Positions 22,205 through 32,351 of a stretch of 64,000 nucleotides of DNA are shown here, piece after piece. The stretch covers positions 399,552 through 463,551 of the forward strand of contig CAVQXB010000004.1 in assembly GCA_963717885.1 (NCBI GenBank), given 5' to 3'. The translations under genes were made by a program, and so were the position numbers. Position 1 is the first letter of the stretch. Each line of letters begins with the position of its first letter. The notes below the pieces were generated by a model. It made no database searches, had not been told where the DNA came from, and saw only the letters and a list, made by a program, of their open reading frames with translations. The stretch is from an uncultured Acidimicrobiaceae bacterium (GTDB lineage Bacteria > Actinomycetota > Acidimicrobiia > Acidimicrobiales > RAAP-2).

Positions 22205-23648
22205 TCACGCCGGCTCGGCGATCGACTTGGTCTCGAGGTACTCCTCGAACCCGGCGACCCCGGACTCCCGCCCGACGCCGGACTGCTTGTACCCGCCGAA
22301 GGGCACGTCGGGGCTGAACCACAGCCCCCCGTTGATGCCGACGGTGCCGGTACGGATCCGGTCGGCCACGCCGACGGCCCGCTCCCGGTCGGCCGACCAC
22401 ACCGAGCCCGACAGTCCGTAGGCGGAGTCGTTGGCCAGGGCCACCGCGTCGTCGTCGCCGTCGTGGGGGATGACCACCAGCACCGGGCCGAAGATCTCCT
22501 CCTGGGCCACCCGGGACGACGTTGGCCAGCCCGACGATCAGGGTGGGCTCGACGAAGAAGCCGCGGTCGAGGCCGTCGGGCCGGCCGCCGCCGGTGACGA
22601 CCGTCCCGCCCTCCTCGACGGGCCAGGGGCAGGTAGCCCTCCACCCGGTCGCCGCTGGCGGGCGCTGATCAGCGGCCCGCAGATGGTGCCGGGGTCGGTG
22701 GGGTCGCCGGCCGGGCAGCTTGCCCATCACCTTGGCCGTGGACTCCACCGCCTCGTCGAACAGGCGGCGGGGGACGAGCAGCCGGGTGGTGATGGCGCAG
22801 CCCTGGCCGGCGTGGGTGCACACGGTGAAGGCGGCGGTGGCGCACGCCCCCCGCAGGTCGGCGTCGTCCAGGATGACGAACGCCGACTTGCCGCCGAGCT
22901 CCAGGAAGACCTTCTTCAGCGAGTCGGCCGCCGAGGCCATCACCCGCTTGCCGGTGGCGGTGGAGCCGGTGAAGCTGATCTGGTCCACCCGGGGGTCGGC
23001 GGACAGCAGGGCGCCGACGGTGTGGTCGGACGACGGGACGATGTTGACCACCCCGGGCGGGATGTCGGTCTCCTCGGCGATCAGCCGGCCGAGGACCGTG
23101 GCGCACCAGGGCGTGTCGGGGGCCGGCTTGAGCACCACGGTGTTGCCGGCGGCCAGGGCCGGGCCCAGCTTGGCCAGGTTGATCTGGTGGGGGACGTTCC
23201 ACGGGGTGATGGCCCCGACCACCCCGGTCGCCTCCCGGCGGACCCAGCGGTGCGACGGGATGCCCATCGGCGAGGCGTCCCCGAGGTCGGTCTCCCACTG
23301 GTAGCCCTCGGCCAGGTCGGCCACCCAGCCGAGGCCCTCGACCGGAGCGTCGAGCTGGGCCGAGTAGGTGAAGGAGACCGGCGAGCCCGTCTCGGCCACG
23401 GTCATGGCCCGGAGCTCGTCGGCGTGGGCGCCGAAGGCCGCCTGCAGCTGGCGCAGCCCGCGTACCCGCGCGCCGACATCGGTGGACCAGTCGGTCTCGT
23501 CGAAGGCCCGGCGGGCGGCGGCGATGGCGTCGTCGAGGTCCTCGGGCCCGCCGTCGGCCACCACGCCGATGACCTCCTCGGTGGCCGGGTTGACCACCTC
23601 GAAGGTCCGACCCGACCGGGCGGGCCGGAGCTCCCCGTCGATGAGCAT
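22205..23648 (-). CDS. NAD-dependent aldehyde dehydrogenase (3-4 frame changes in C-terminal third)
   Basis: ORF 22176..23648 has [13 protein letters not shown]...[10 protein letters not shown]...[11 protein letters not shown]...FLELGGKSA...[14 protein letters not shown] 22205..22510 has [15 protein letters not shown]...[12 protein letters not shown]. Confidence 0.85.
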
Positions 23649-23685
23649 CCGCTCCTCGCCCGACGATCGTGGCTCGATCCACTCG

Positions 23686-24590
23686 TCATCGGGACACCTC
23701 CCCCAGGCCGAAGATGTCGTCGGTCCGCCGCTCGGTCATGGCGGCCAGGGGCAGGTCGACGTCGAGGGAGTCGGCCAGCTCGAGGGCCGCCGCCAGGTCC
23801 TTGTGGGCCAGGTGCGGCGCCGGCCTGCATGGCCCCGACCAGTCCCCGGTCGTCCGCGTCGGTGAACGGCGCCACCGTCGGACCGGAACATCAGGCGGGA
23901 GGCTCCCCCGATGTGGACGTCGCTGGCCTTGACCACCTGCGGCCAGCTGGGCCAGCGAGATGCCGGCCGCCTCGGCCAGCTGCTGGCCCTCGTAGGCGGC
24001 CAGCCACGAGCCGTAGGTGATCAGGTTGCGGGCCAGCTTGGCGGCCAGCCCGGTGCCGAACGGCCCCATGGTCACCGCCAGCGAGCTGATGGCGTCGAAC
24101 ACGGGGCGCACCCGCTCGATCACCGCCGGATCGCCCCCCACCATGCACACCAGGTCGCCACTGGCCGCGGCGTCGGGCCCGCCGGTGACCCCGCAGTCGA
24201 GCACGGGGACCCCCCGGGCGGCGGCCTCGGCGCCGATGGCCCGGACGCACGGCGCCGAGATGGTGCTCACGATGACGATCGCGGTGTCGGCGTCGGCAGC
24301 CGCCAGACCCCCGTCCGGGGCCGGACAGCACGGCATGGACCTGCTCGTCGTTCACCACCGCCACCACCACCACATCGGAGCGACCGGCCAGGTCTGCCGG
24401 CGAGGACGCCACCTCGGCGGCGTCGGCGGTACTTCTCGGTGGCCTCGGTCCGGACGTCGCAGACCACCAGCGGGAGCCCTCGGCGGAGCACGCTGGTGGC
24501 CACGCCGTCCCCGATGGCGCCGAGGCCGATGACCCCCACGGTCGGCACGTCGGCGGTTCGGGCCCCGTCGGCTGGTTGGTCGTTCGGCAC
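23686..24590 (-). CDS. 3-hydroxyisobutyrate/6-phosphogluconate dehydrogenase-like NAD(P)-binding oxidoreductase (2-3 frame changes)
   Basis: The N-terminus is VGVIGLGAIGDGVATSVLRRGLPLVVCDV. The middle is RSDVVVVAVVNDEQV. ORF 23686..24336 has VLDCGVTGGPDAAASGDLVCMVGGD...GTGLAAKLARNL. Confidence 0.7.
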
Positions 24591-24733
24591 TGGACGTCCC
24601 CCTGTCGGTCGTGATCTCGTGGTGCGGAGTGCGGTGTTGGTGATGATGGCACGATGCACCCGGACACCCGGTCGCCGCACCGGGCGCCGGGTCGGCCGCG
24701 GCCGGGCCGCAGCCCGACCGATGGCACTGTACT

Positions 24734-24747
24734 TGGACAGCTGTCCA
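24734..24747. promoter_or_regulatory. Perfect 14-bp palindrome TGGACAGCTGTCCA, candidate TetR operator
   Basis: Read directly. It lies in the divergent intergenic region between the HIBADH-like gene and the TetR gene. Confidence 0.4.
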
Positions 24748-24760
24748 GACTATAGTCCAA

Positions 24761-25435
24761 TTGCATGAGCTCCACCACCGCACCGCTACGGGTCCCCGGG
24801 GCCCGATGACCGAGGCCACCGTCCTCCGTGCGCCCGACGGATCGCCGGACTTCGAGGCCACCCGGCGGCGGCTCTCGCCGCGCCAGGCCGAGGTGGTGGC
24901 CCAGCTGGTGTCGGCCACCGAGGCGGAGATCGAGGCGGTCGGCTACGCCGGCCTCACCGTCCGCAGCGTGGCCCGCCGGGCCGGCGTGGCCCCGGCCACC
25001 GCCTACAACTACTTCAGCTCCAAGGACCACCTGTTGGCCGAGGTGCTCTGGCGCCGCATGCAGTCCCTCGACCCGGCCGAGGTCGACGAGGGCCGACCCG
25101 TGCACGAACGGGTGGCCGCCACGGTCCGGGACATGGTCCTGTTCACCACCGAGAGCCCGGCCCTGGTGGACGCCTGCACCGTGGCCCTCCTCAGCGCCAC
25201 CCCCGACGTCAAGCACCTCCGCGACCGGATCGGCGCCGACATCCACCGCCGGCTGGCCGCCGCGGTCGGTCCGGGGGTCGATCCCAGGGTGGTGCGGGTG
25301 CTGGAGACCTCGTTCTCCGGGGCGCTGCTGGCCGCGGGCATGGGGCACATGTCCTCTCGGGACATCCCCGAGTTCGTGGCCGACGCCGCCGAGCTGATGC
25401 TCGGCGGGGGCGCCGAGGGGCGCAAGCGGCGATGA
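24761..25435 (+). CDS. TetR-family transcriptional regulator
   Basis: Intact ORF with an HTH region GYAGLTVRSVARRAGVAPATAYNYFSSKDHLLAEVL. Its stop overlaps the next start (ATGA). Confidence 0.85.
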   Translation: MHELHHRTATGPRGPMTEATVLRAPDGSPDFEATRRRLSPRQAEVVAQLVSATEAEIEAVGYAGLTVRSVARRAGVAPATAYNYFSSKDHLLAEVLWRRMQSLDPAEVDEGRPVHERVAATVRDMVLFTTESPALVDACTVALLSATPDVKHLRDRIGADIHRRLAAAVGPGVDPRVVRVLETSFSGALLAAGMGHMSSRDIPEFVADAAELMLGGGAEGRKRR

Positions 25436-26632
25436 CCACCGTGAGGCAGCCGGTCTCCTACAGCCCCTACGCCTACGAGATCCACGAGGACCCGTACCCG
25501 GTCTACGCCCGCCTGCGGGCCGAGGCCCCCGTGTACCGCAACGACGAGCTCGACTTCTGGGCCCTCTCCCGCCACGAGGACGTGCTCGCCGCCTTCCGCA
25601 ACCTCGACGGCTTCTCCAACGCCCAGGGGGTGTCCCTCGAGCCCAGCGCCTTCGGGCCCGAGGCCCACCGATTCATGTCGTTCCTGGCCCTCGACCCGCC
25701 CCGCCACACCCGGATGCGCTCCCTGGTGGGCAAGGGGTTCACGCCCTCGAAGGTGGCCCAGATGGAGGACCACATCCGGGCCATCGCCCTCGAGCACCTC
25801 GAGCCGGCGCTCGAGCAGGGGGCCTTCGACTTCATCGCCGACTTCGCCGGCAAGCTGCCCATGGACGTGATCTCCGAGCTGGTCGGGGTGCCCCGGGCCG
25901 ACCGGGTCGAGGTCCGCCGGCTGGCCGACCTGGTCGTCCACCGTGAGGACGGCCTCTACGACGTTCCGCCGGCGGGGATGGGCGCCGCCCTGGCCCTGGT
26001 CGACTACTACCAGGCCATGGTGGACGAGCGGCGGCGGTCCCCCCGGGACGACCTGACCTCGGCCCTGCTCGAGGCCGAGATCGACGGCGACAAGCTCACC
26101 GACGACGAGATCATCGCCTTCCTCTTCCTCATGGTGGTGGCCGGCAACGAGACCACCACCAAGCTGCTGGGCAACGCCTGGTACTGGGGGTGGCGGAACC
26201 CGGACCAGCGGGCCAAGCCCTTCGACGACCCCCGGCAGGTCGTGCCCCTGGATCGAGGAGACCCTCCGCTTCGACACCTCCAGCCAGATGCTGCTCCGGG
26301 TCACCCGGATCCCCATGGAGCTGCACGGCACAGCCATCCCCGAGGGTGAGCGGGTGCTGCTGCTGGTGGGCTCGGCCAATCGGGACGAGGCGGTCTTCCC
26401 CGAAGCCGACCGGTACGACCTCGACCGCGACACCAGCCGGCTGGTCAGCTTCGGCAGCGGCCGCCACTTCTGCATGGGCGCCCCGCTGGCCCGGCTCGAG
26501 GCCCGGATCGGCCTCACCGAGCTGGTCAGGAGGGTGGCCTCCTACGAGGTCGACCCCGACGGCATCGAGCGGGTCCACTCCATCAACGTCCGGGGCCTGG
26601 CCGCCCTGCCGACCACGGTCACGCTGCGCTGA
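25432..26632 (+). CDS. Cytochrome P450 (one frame change near 26240)
   Basis: The product has the I-helix MVVAGNETTT and the heme loop FGSGRHFCMGAPLAR. It occupies the position that cyp123 holds in the M. tuberculosis cyp51 cluster. Confidence 0.85.
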
Positions 26633-27432
26633 TGGCCCGCTTCGATCCCCATCCCGAGCTCCGGCCCGCCGTGGTCACCGGCGCCTCCTCGGGCATCGGC
26701 CAGGCCACGGCCCGGGCCCTGGCCGCCCTGGGCCACCCGGTGGTGCTCGGGGCCCGGCGGGTGGCGGAGTGCGAGGAGACAGCGGCGGCCATCCGGGACG
26801 AGGGCGGGGAGGCGGTGGCCATCCGCCTGGACCTGGCCGACGGCGACTCGGTGGAGCAGTTCGCCAAGGCGGCACAGGACACCCTCGGCTCGGTGGAGAT
26901 CCTGGTGTCCAACGCGGCCCAGAACATCGCCGGCTCCGTGCTGGACACCGACCCGGAGGCGTTCGACGGCGTGCTGGCCGTCAACCTGAGCGGGACCCAC
27001 CGCCTGGTCCGGGCCCTGGTCCCGGCCATGACCGACCGGCGGCGCGGCGACATCGTGTTCGTCACCTCCGACGTGGCCGAGCGGCCCCGGCCGTCGATGG
27101 CGGCCTACGTCACCTCCAAGTGGGGCCTCGAGGGCTACGTCCGTTCGCTGCAGATGGAGCTCGAGGGGACCGGGGTGCGGGCCACCATCGTGCGACCCGG
27201 CCCCACCCTGACCGGCATGGGGATGGACTGGGACCCCGAGGTGACCGGCGAGGTGATCGAGCAGTGGGCGGCGTGGGGCTTCGCCCGCCACTCCAACTTC
27301 ATGCGACCGGCAGGGGTGGCCCAGGCCATCGCCGCCGTGGTGGCCCTCCCCCGCGGCACCCACGCCACCGTCATCGAACTGCAGCCGGAAGCACCCATAC
27401 GCACCGAACCGGAGGACGAGCAAGCGCCATGA
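26632..27432 (+). CDS. Short-chain dehydrogenase/reductase
   Basis: Intact ORF with VVTGASSGIGQATA, NAAQN and YVTSKWG. Start and stop overlap the neighbouring genes (TGATG, ATGA). Confidence 0.85.
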   Translation: MARFDPHPELRPAVVTGASSGIGQATARALAALGHPVVLGARRVAECEETAAAIRDEGGEAVAIRLDLADGDSVEQFAKAAQDTLGSVEILVSNAAQNIAGSVLDTDPEAFDGVLAVNLSGTHRLVRALVPAMTDRRRGDIVFVTSDVAERPRPSMAAYVTSKWGLEGYVRSLQMELEGTGVRATIVRPGPTLTGMGMDWDPEVTGEVIEQWAAWGFARHSNFMRPAGVAQAIAAVVALPRGTHATVIELQPEAPIRTEPEDEQAP

Positions 27433-28830
27433 CCATCGCCACGGACAAGAAACAGCCTCCCCGGGTGTCGGGCGGGGAAGAGGAGAACGGGCACCTGGAG
27501 GAGCTCCGGGTCGACCCCATCGCCCTCATGAACCGGGTCCGCGACGAGTGCGGCGACGTCGGGGTGTTCCGGCTGGCGCAACGGGACGTCGTGCTGCTCA
27601 CCGGGGCCGACGCCAACGAGTTCTTCTTCCGCGCCCCCGAGGAGATCCTGGACCAGGCCGAGGCCTACCCGTTCATGACCCCGGTCTTCGGGGAGGGCGT
27701 GGTGTTCGACGCGCCGCCCGAGCGCCGGCGCGAGATGCTCCACAACCAGGCCCTCCGGGACAAGTTCATGCGCGGCCACGCCGCCACCATCGCCGCCGAG
27801 GTGGAGCAGATGGTGGCCGGCTGGGACGACGAGGGCCAGATCGACCTGCTCGACTGGTTCGCCGAGCTGACCATCTACACCTCGTCGGCCTGCCTCATCG
27901 GGAAGCGGTTCCGCAACGAGCTGGACAAGCGGTTCGCCGAGCTCTACCACGACCTCGAGCAGGGCACCGACGCCATCGCCTACGTCGACCCCTACGCCCC
28001 CATCGAGAGCTTCCGCCGCCGGGACGCCGCCCGGGCGGGCCTGGTCCGCCTGGTCGAGGGGATCATGGAGCGGCGGGCCTCGGCTCCCCCGCCGGGCGAC
28101 GACGAGCGGGACCTGCTCGACGTACTCATGTCCATCACCGACGAGGACGGCTCGCCGCGATTCGCCGCCGACGAGGTCACCGGGATGTTCATCTCCATGA
28201 TGTTCGCCGGGCACCACACCACATCGGGCACGGCGGCCTGGACCCTCATCGAGCTGCTCCGGCATGGCGACGAGCTGGCCGCGGTGGAGGCCGAGCTCGC
28301 CGAGCTCTACGCCGGTGGAGCCGAGGTGAGCTACCAGGCCCTCCGGGCGATGCCCCGGCTCGAGTCGGCCATCAAAGAGGCCCTCCGGCTGCACCCGCCG
28401 CTCATCCTGCTGCTCCGGGTGGCCAAGGAGGACCTCGAGGTGGACGGGTTCGTGATCGGGGCGGGCCAGATGGTCGGGGCCAGCCCCTCGGTCTCCAACC
28501 GGATCCCCGAGGACTTCCCCGACGCCGACGAGTTCCAGCCCTCTCGGTATCTCGAGCCCCGGGAGGAGGACCGGTCCAACCCGTGGACCTGGATCCCCTT
28601 CGGCGCCGGTCGGCACCGGTGCGTGGGCGCGGCCTTCGCCATGATGCAGCTCAAGGCCATCTTCTCGGTCCTGATGCTGGACTGGGAGTTCGAGCTGGCC
28701 CAACCCTCGGACACCTACCGCAACGACCACTCGAAGATGGTGGTCCAGCTCGCAGCAGCCCTGCGTCGTCCGCTACCGGCGCAAGACGGTCACGCCGTCG
28801 GCCCAGCCAGATGCCGGGAGCCGGATCTGA
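27429..28830 (+). CDS. cyp51: Sterol 14-alpha-demethylase-type cytochrome P450 CYP51 (one frame change near 28755)
   Basis: There is long colinear similarity to M. tuberculosis CYP51 as I recall it: HLEELRVDPIALMNRVRDECGDVGVF, YPFMTPVFGEGVVFDAPPERRREMLHN, FAELTIYTSSACLIGKRFR, MFISMMFAGHHTTSGTAAWTLIELL, WIPFGAGRHRCVGAAFA and NDHSKMVVQL. After a 1-nt shift the tail reads QQPCVVRYRRKTV... and ends at a TGA overlapping the ferredoxin ATG. Confidence 0.9.
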
Positions 28831-29027
28831 TGCGGGTCGTCGTGGACCTCGACCTGTGCCAGGGCCACGGGGTGTGCGAGTCCGAGGCGCCCCTCGTGTT
28901 CGAGCTGGCCAAACGTGAGACAGTGGCCGTCCTGGACGACGCACCTCCCGAGGAGCTCCGGGCCGAGGTCGAGGCCGCCGTCCGCTACTGCCCCACATCC
29001 GCGCTACAGATCATCGAAGAGGAGTAG
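28830..29027 (+). CDS. Small 3Fe-4S-type ferredoxin
   Basis: 65 aa: MRVVVDLDLCQGHGVCESEAPLVFEL...AVRYCPTSALQIIEEE. It lies immediately after cyp51, as Rv0763c does in M. tuberculosis. Confidence 0.8.
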   Translation: MRVVVDLDLCQGHGVCESEAPLVFELAKRETVAVLDDAPPEELRAEVEAAVRYCPTSALQIIEEE

Positions 29028-29032
29028 TCCCC

Positions 29033-29596
29033 ATGCCGGCGTTTCCCCGTAGTGAGCTCGAAGAGATGATGCAGAGGTGGCTGGACATCAACCAGCGATG
29101 CGAGGAGCAGCTGGACTGGCCGCCCATGGCCGAGATGTACACCGAGGACGCCACCTACGGATGGAACGTCGGACCGACCGACGAGTTCATGGCCGTGGGC
29201 AAGGACGAGATCCGGGAGTACGCCCTCGGCCTCGAGATGGAGGGCCTGGGGGGATGGACCTATCCCTACCAGCGGGTGCTCATCGACGACGTCCAGGGTG
29301 AGATCCTCGGCCTGTGGAAGCAGATCGCCGATGTGGCCCGACCCGACGGCAGCCACTACGAGATCGCCGGGCTGGGGGGCAGCTGGTTCCGCTATGCCGG
29401 GAACTTCCAGTGGAGCTGGCAGCGGGACTTCTTCGACGTGGGCAACGCCACCGCCACCTTCATCGAGATGATCAACGCCGGAGTGCTGACCCCCGGAATG
29501 CAGAAGCGGCTGGAGAAGTCGGCGTCGGGCAAGCGCCAGCCCGGCCACTACCGGGTGGGCCAGGCCCCGGTGGGGCTGTGGGAGGGCGTCCAGTAG
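29033..29596 (+). CDS. NTF2/SnoaL-like conserved hypothetical protein
   Basis: Intact 187-aa ORF, 5 nt after the ferredoxin stop. The fold assignment rests on general sequence character only. It occupies the Rv0762c position. Confidence 0.55.
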   Translation: MPAFPRSELEEMMQRWLDINQRCEEQLDWPPMAEMYTEDATYGWNVGPTDEFMAVGKDEIREYALGLEMEGLGGWTYPYQRVLIDDVQGEILGLWKQIADVARPDGSHYEIAGLGGSWFRYAGNFQWSWQRDFFDVGNATATFIEMINAGVLTPGMQKRLEKSASGKRQPGHYRVGQAPVGLWEGVQ

Positions 29597-29598
29597 CC

Positions 29599-30060
29599 GT
29601 GGAGTCAGTGTGGGACTATCCGCGCCCGCCGCGTCTGGAACCGGTCGATCGCCGCCTACGGGTGGTCTTCGGAGGCGAGACCATCGCCGACACGACGGCT
29701 GCCTATCGGATCCTCGAGACCAGCCATCCTCCCAACTACTACCTCCCGATGGCCGACATCCTCGAGGGCAGCCTGGTCCGCGTGAGCGGATCGTCCTTCT
29801 GTGAGTGGAAGGGCACGGCCCACTACTACGACGTCGCCGTCGGGGACGCCGTCGCCGCCGAGGCGGCCTGGGGCTACGACCGTCCGACCCGGTCGTATGC
29901 CGCCATCGCCGGCCACGTGGCCTTCTACCCGGGCCGGATGGACGCCTGCCTGGTCGACGACGAGGAGGTGGAAGCTCAGCCCGGCGCCTTCTACGGGGGT
30001 TGGATCACCGCCGATCTGGTGGGCCCGTTCAAGGGGGGGCCCGGCACCGAGCGCTGGTAG
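29599..30060 (+). CDS. DUF427 domain protein
   Basis: GTG start. The product has VWDYPRPPRLEPVDRRLRVVFGGETIADTTAAYRILETSHPPNYYLPMADI...CEWKGTAHYYDV...VAFYPGRMD. Confidence 0.7.
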   Translation: MESVWDYPRPPRLEPVDRRLRVVFGGETIADTTAAYRILETSHPPNYYLPMADILEGSLVRVSGSSFCEWKGTAHYYDVAVGDAVAAEAAWGYDRPTRSYAAIAGHVAFYPGRMDACLVDDEEVEAQPGAFYGGWITADLVGPFKGGPGTERW

Positions 30061-30082
30061 CGGCGGTGCCGGGCGCCGCACC

Positions 30083-31159
30083 TCAGTGGCCGGTGAAGGC
30101 CTCGATCACCCCGGTGCGCCAGGCCTTCAACTCCTCGGAGTGCTCCGAGTCGGTGCGGCCCATCCGCACCAGGACCAGGTCGAGCCGGGGACAGATGTCG
30201 ATGTACTGGCCCTCGTGGCCGGCGGCCCAGAAGGTTCCCAGCGGGTTGGCCCGGGTCCACCAGTGGGAGCCGTAGTAGTCGCCGTCGTCGGGATCGACCG
30301 AGCGGGGCCGGCGGCCGTGGTCGACCCATCCCTCGGGCAGCAGCCGCTTCCCGTCCCACACCCCATCGCGCAGGTACCACAACCCGAACCGGGCGTAGTC
30401 CCGGGCGGTGGCATAGGCGTAGGAGGCGGCCACCCAGGTCCCGGCGTCGTCGAAGGTGGCGGTGGCAGAGGTCATCCCGAGCGGGCCGAACAGCCGATCG
30501 GCCAGGAACTCCCGGTAGGGCCGGTCGGGCCCGAGGGTGCGGGCCACGATGCCCGAGAGGATATTGCTGGTGCCACTGGAGTAGTTGAACCGCGTACCCG
30601 GCGGGGCGGCCAGGGGGCGGTCGGCGGCGAAGGCCGCCATGTCCTCCTTGCCCCGGCCGAACAGCATCTGGAGGACGTCGGAGCTCCCGGCGTCCTCGTA
30701 CTCCTCCACGAAGTCGAGGCCGTCGCGCATGTCCAGGAGGTGCTGGAGCGTGATCTCCTTCCGGGGATCATCGGGGGCCTGCCACCGTGGGACCGGGGCG
30801 GGCTCGTCGAGCACCAGTCGGCCTTCGGCCACCAGCATGCCGACCACCGCGTGCAGCATGGACTTGGCCATGGACCACGACAGCAGGGGCGTGTCCCGCA
30901 CCACCGGCTTGCCCGGCTTGTCCCATTGGGGCAGCAAGCCCGCGTAGCGCTCGAAGACCAGTCGTCCCCGGTGGACGACGACCACGGCGTAGGTCTGGTG
31001 CAGCGGACCGTCGGGATCGAACGCGACCTGCAAGGCGGCATCGATGTCCACCCCGTCGGGGAGCGGGCCCTCGGGCCACGTCGCCCCGGGCCAGGGCACG
31101 CCCTCGGGCTGGGTCGGGAGGGGGTGCAGAGGGAACGGGATCGGGTCCGGGGCGGTCAC
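30083..31159 (-). CDS. Beta-lactamase-related serine hydrolase
   Basis: The product has an SxxK motif (LLSWSMAKSM), FNYSSGTSNIL and HWWTRANPLGTFWAAGHEGQYI. A GTG start at 31159 was chosen so that it does not overlap the upstream gene. Confidence 0.8.
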   Translation of the reverse strand: MTAPDPIPFPLHPLPTQPEGVPWPGATWPEGPLPDGVDIDAALQVAFDPDGPLHQTYAVVVVHRGRLVFERYAGLLPQWDKPGKPVVRDTPLLSWSMAKSMLHAVVGMLVAEGRLVLDEPAPVPRWQAPDDPRKEITLQHLLDMRDGLDFVEEYEDAGSSDVLQMLFGRGKEDMAAFAADRPLAAPPGTRFNYSSGTSNILSGIVARTLGPDRPYREFLADRLFGPLGMTSATATFDDAGTWVAASYAYATARDYARFGLWYLRDGVWDGKRLLPEGWVDHGRRPRSVDPDDGDYYGSHWWTRANPLGTFWAAGHEGQYIDICPRLDLVLVRMGRTDSEHSEELKAWRTGVIEAFTGH

Positions 31160-31205
31160 GCCACCGAAGTCTGGCACTCCCCGATCGGCTCGTGCCCGGC
31201 AGAGG

Positions 31206-32276
31206 TCAGGTGGCCGGGGCCCGCCAGTCGATCCATCCCCCGTGCTGTTGGACGGCGGCCAGGAGGTGGGGGCGGGCGGCACCGGCCTCGAAGAGGACCG
31301 CACCCAGCACGTGGGCCTGGGCGCCGTCGCGGTCGGTGAGCGACGGATCGGCCACACCCTCGACCGTGCCGGCGCCGTCCGCCGACAGCCAGGCCACCGG
31401 CCGCCGTTCGGAGGCCTCGGCCAGCAGGCCGGTGAACTGGCGGCGCTGGTCCACCGAGAAATAGGCGAAGGCCCAACTCGTCACCACCACGACGGCGACC
31501 CCCTCGTCCAGTTGACCGAGCACCGCGGGCAGGGTCGCGACGGCGTCGCCCTCCAACACCGTCGGCAGGTCGGCCTGGGCCAGACGGATCGAGGCCGCGG
31601 TCCGCTCGAGGCGGCCGGTGTCGGGCCATACGCACGCCAGCAGCCAGCGGGCGTCGTCGGGGTCGCCGAGATCGATCGGCGAGCGGTCGATGCCCAGCCG
31701 GGTCACCGGGGTGGGGAGCCGGGGGGCTATGGGCGGGACACCGGCCCGCACCTCGCAGCCCACCACCACCGGCGAGTCGGGGGGACCGGTGGTGCCGTGA
31801 TCGCCGTAGTCGAGCCGGTAGCGGTCGCACAGCAGGTTGAGCCCGGCGCTGGCCCCGACGTCGACGAGCGCGAACGGGGCCCCGATCCGCTCGGCGATCC
31901 AGGTCAGGCCGGGGCCGATCAGCGCGCTCCGGCCGCAGTCGTTGGTCTGCACGCGACGGAAGGCCAGCAGCTCGGAGAGGTCGTCCCTGTGGGAGCGGCA
32001 CACCTCCAGGAACAGGGGGACCGGATCGGCCGGGGACCGGCCCGCGTACACCTCGGCCAGCGCATGGTCGAGCCCGGCGAGGAGCAGGTAGTGCACCGCA
32101 CCGAGCAGCGCCGGAGGCAGATGGGCCTCGGGAGGGGACCGCCGGACCAGGTCGAGGACCGTGGGGTCCCGGGCCACCGCCGAGGCGATCTGTTCGTAGA
32201 GGGGCGAATAACCCCGGAACTGGTGCTGGCCGAACCACTCCCACAGCTGGCCCAGCTGGTCGACATCCTCGGTCAT
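31206..32276 (-). CDS. DUF2332-like protein
   Basis: Intact 356-aa ORF. The N-terminus FRGYSPLYEQIASAVARDPTVLDLV...LPPALLGAVHYLLL matches my memory of DUF2332 proteins. Confidence 0.6.
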   Translation of the reverse strand: MTEDVDQLGQLWEWFGQHQFRGYSPLYEQIASAVARDPTVLDLVRRSPPEAHLPPALLGAVHYLLLAGLDHALAEVYAGRSPADPVPLFLEVCRSHRDDLSELLAFRRVQTNDCGRSALIGPGLTWIAERIGAPFALVDVGASAGLNLLCDRYRLDYGDHGTTGPPDSPVVVGCEVRAGVPPIAPRLPTPVTRLGIDRSPIDLGDPDDARWLLACVWPDTGRLERTAASIRLAQADLPTVLEGDAVATLPAVLGQLDEGVAVVVVTSWAFAYFSVDQRRQFTGLLAEASERRPVAWLSADGAGTVEGVADPSLTDRDGAQAHVLGAVLFEAGAARPHLLAAVQQHGGWIDWRAPAT

Positions 32277-32351
32277 CCGACCATCCTCGCACCGGGCGGC
32301 CCGGTGGTCCGGGGCCGATACCGGGACGGGGTGGTCGCCGACCCGGGGGGG

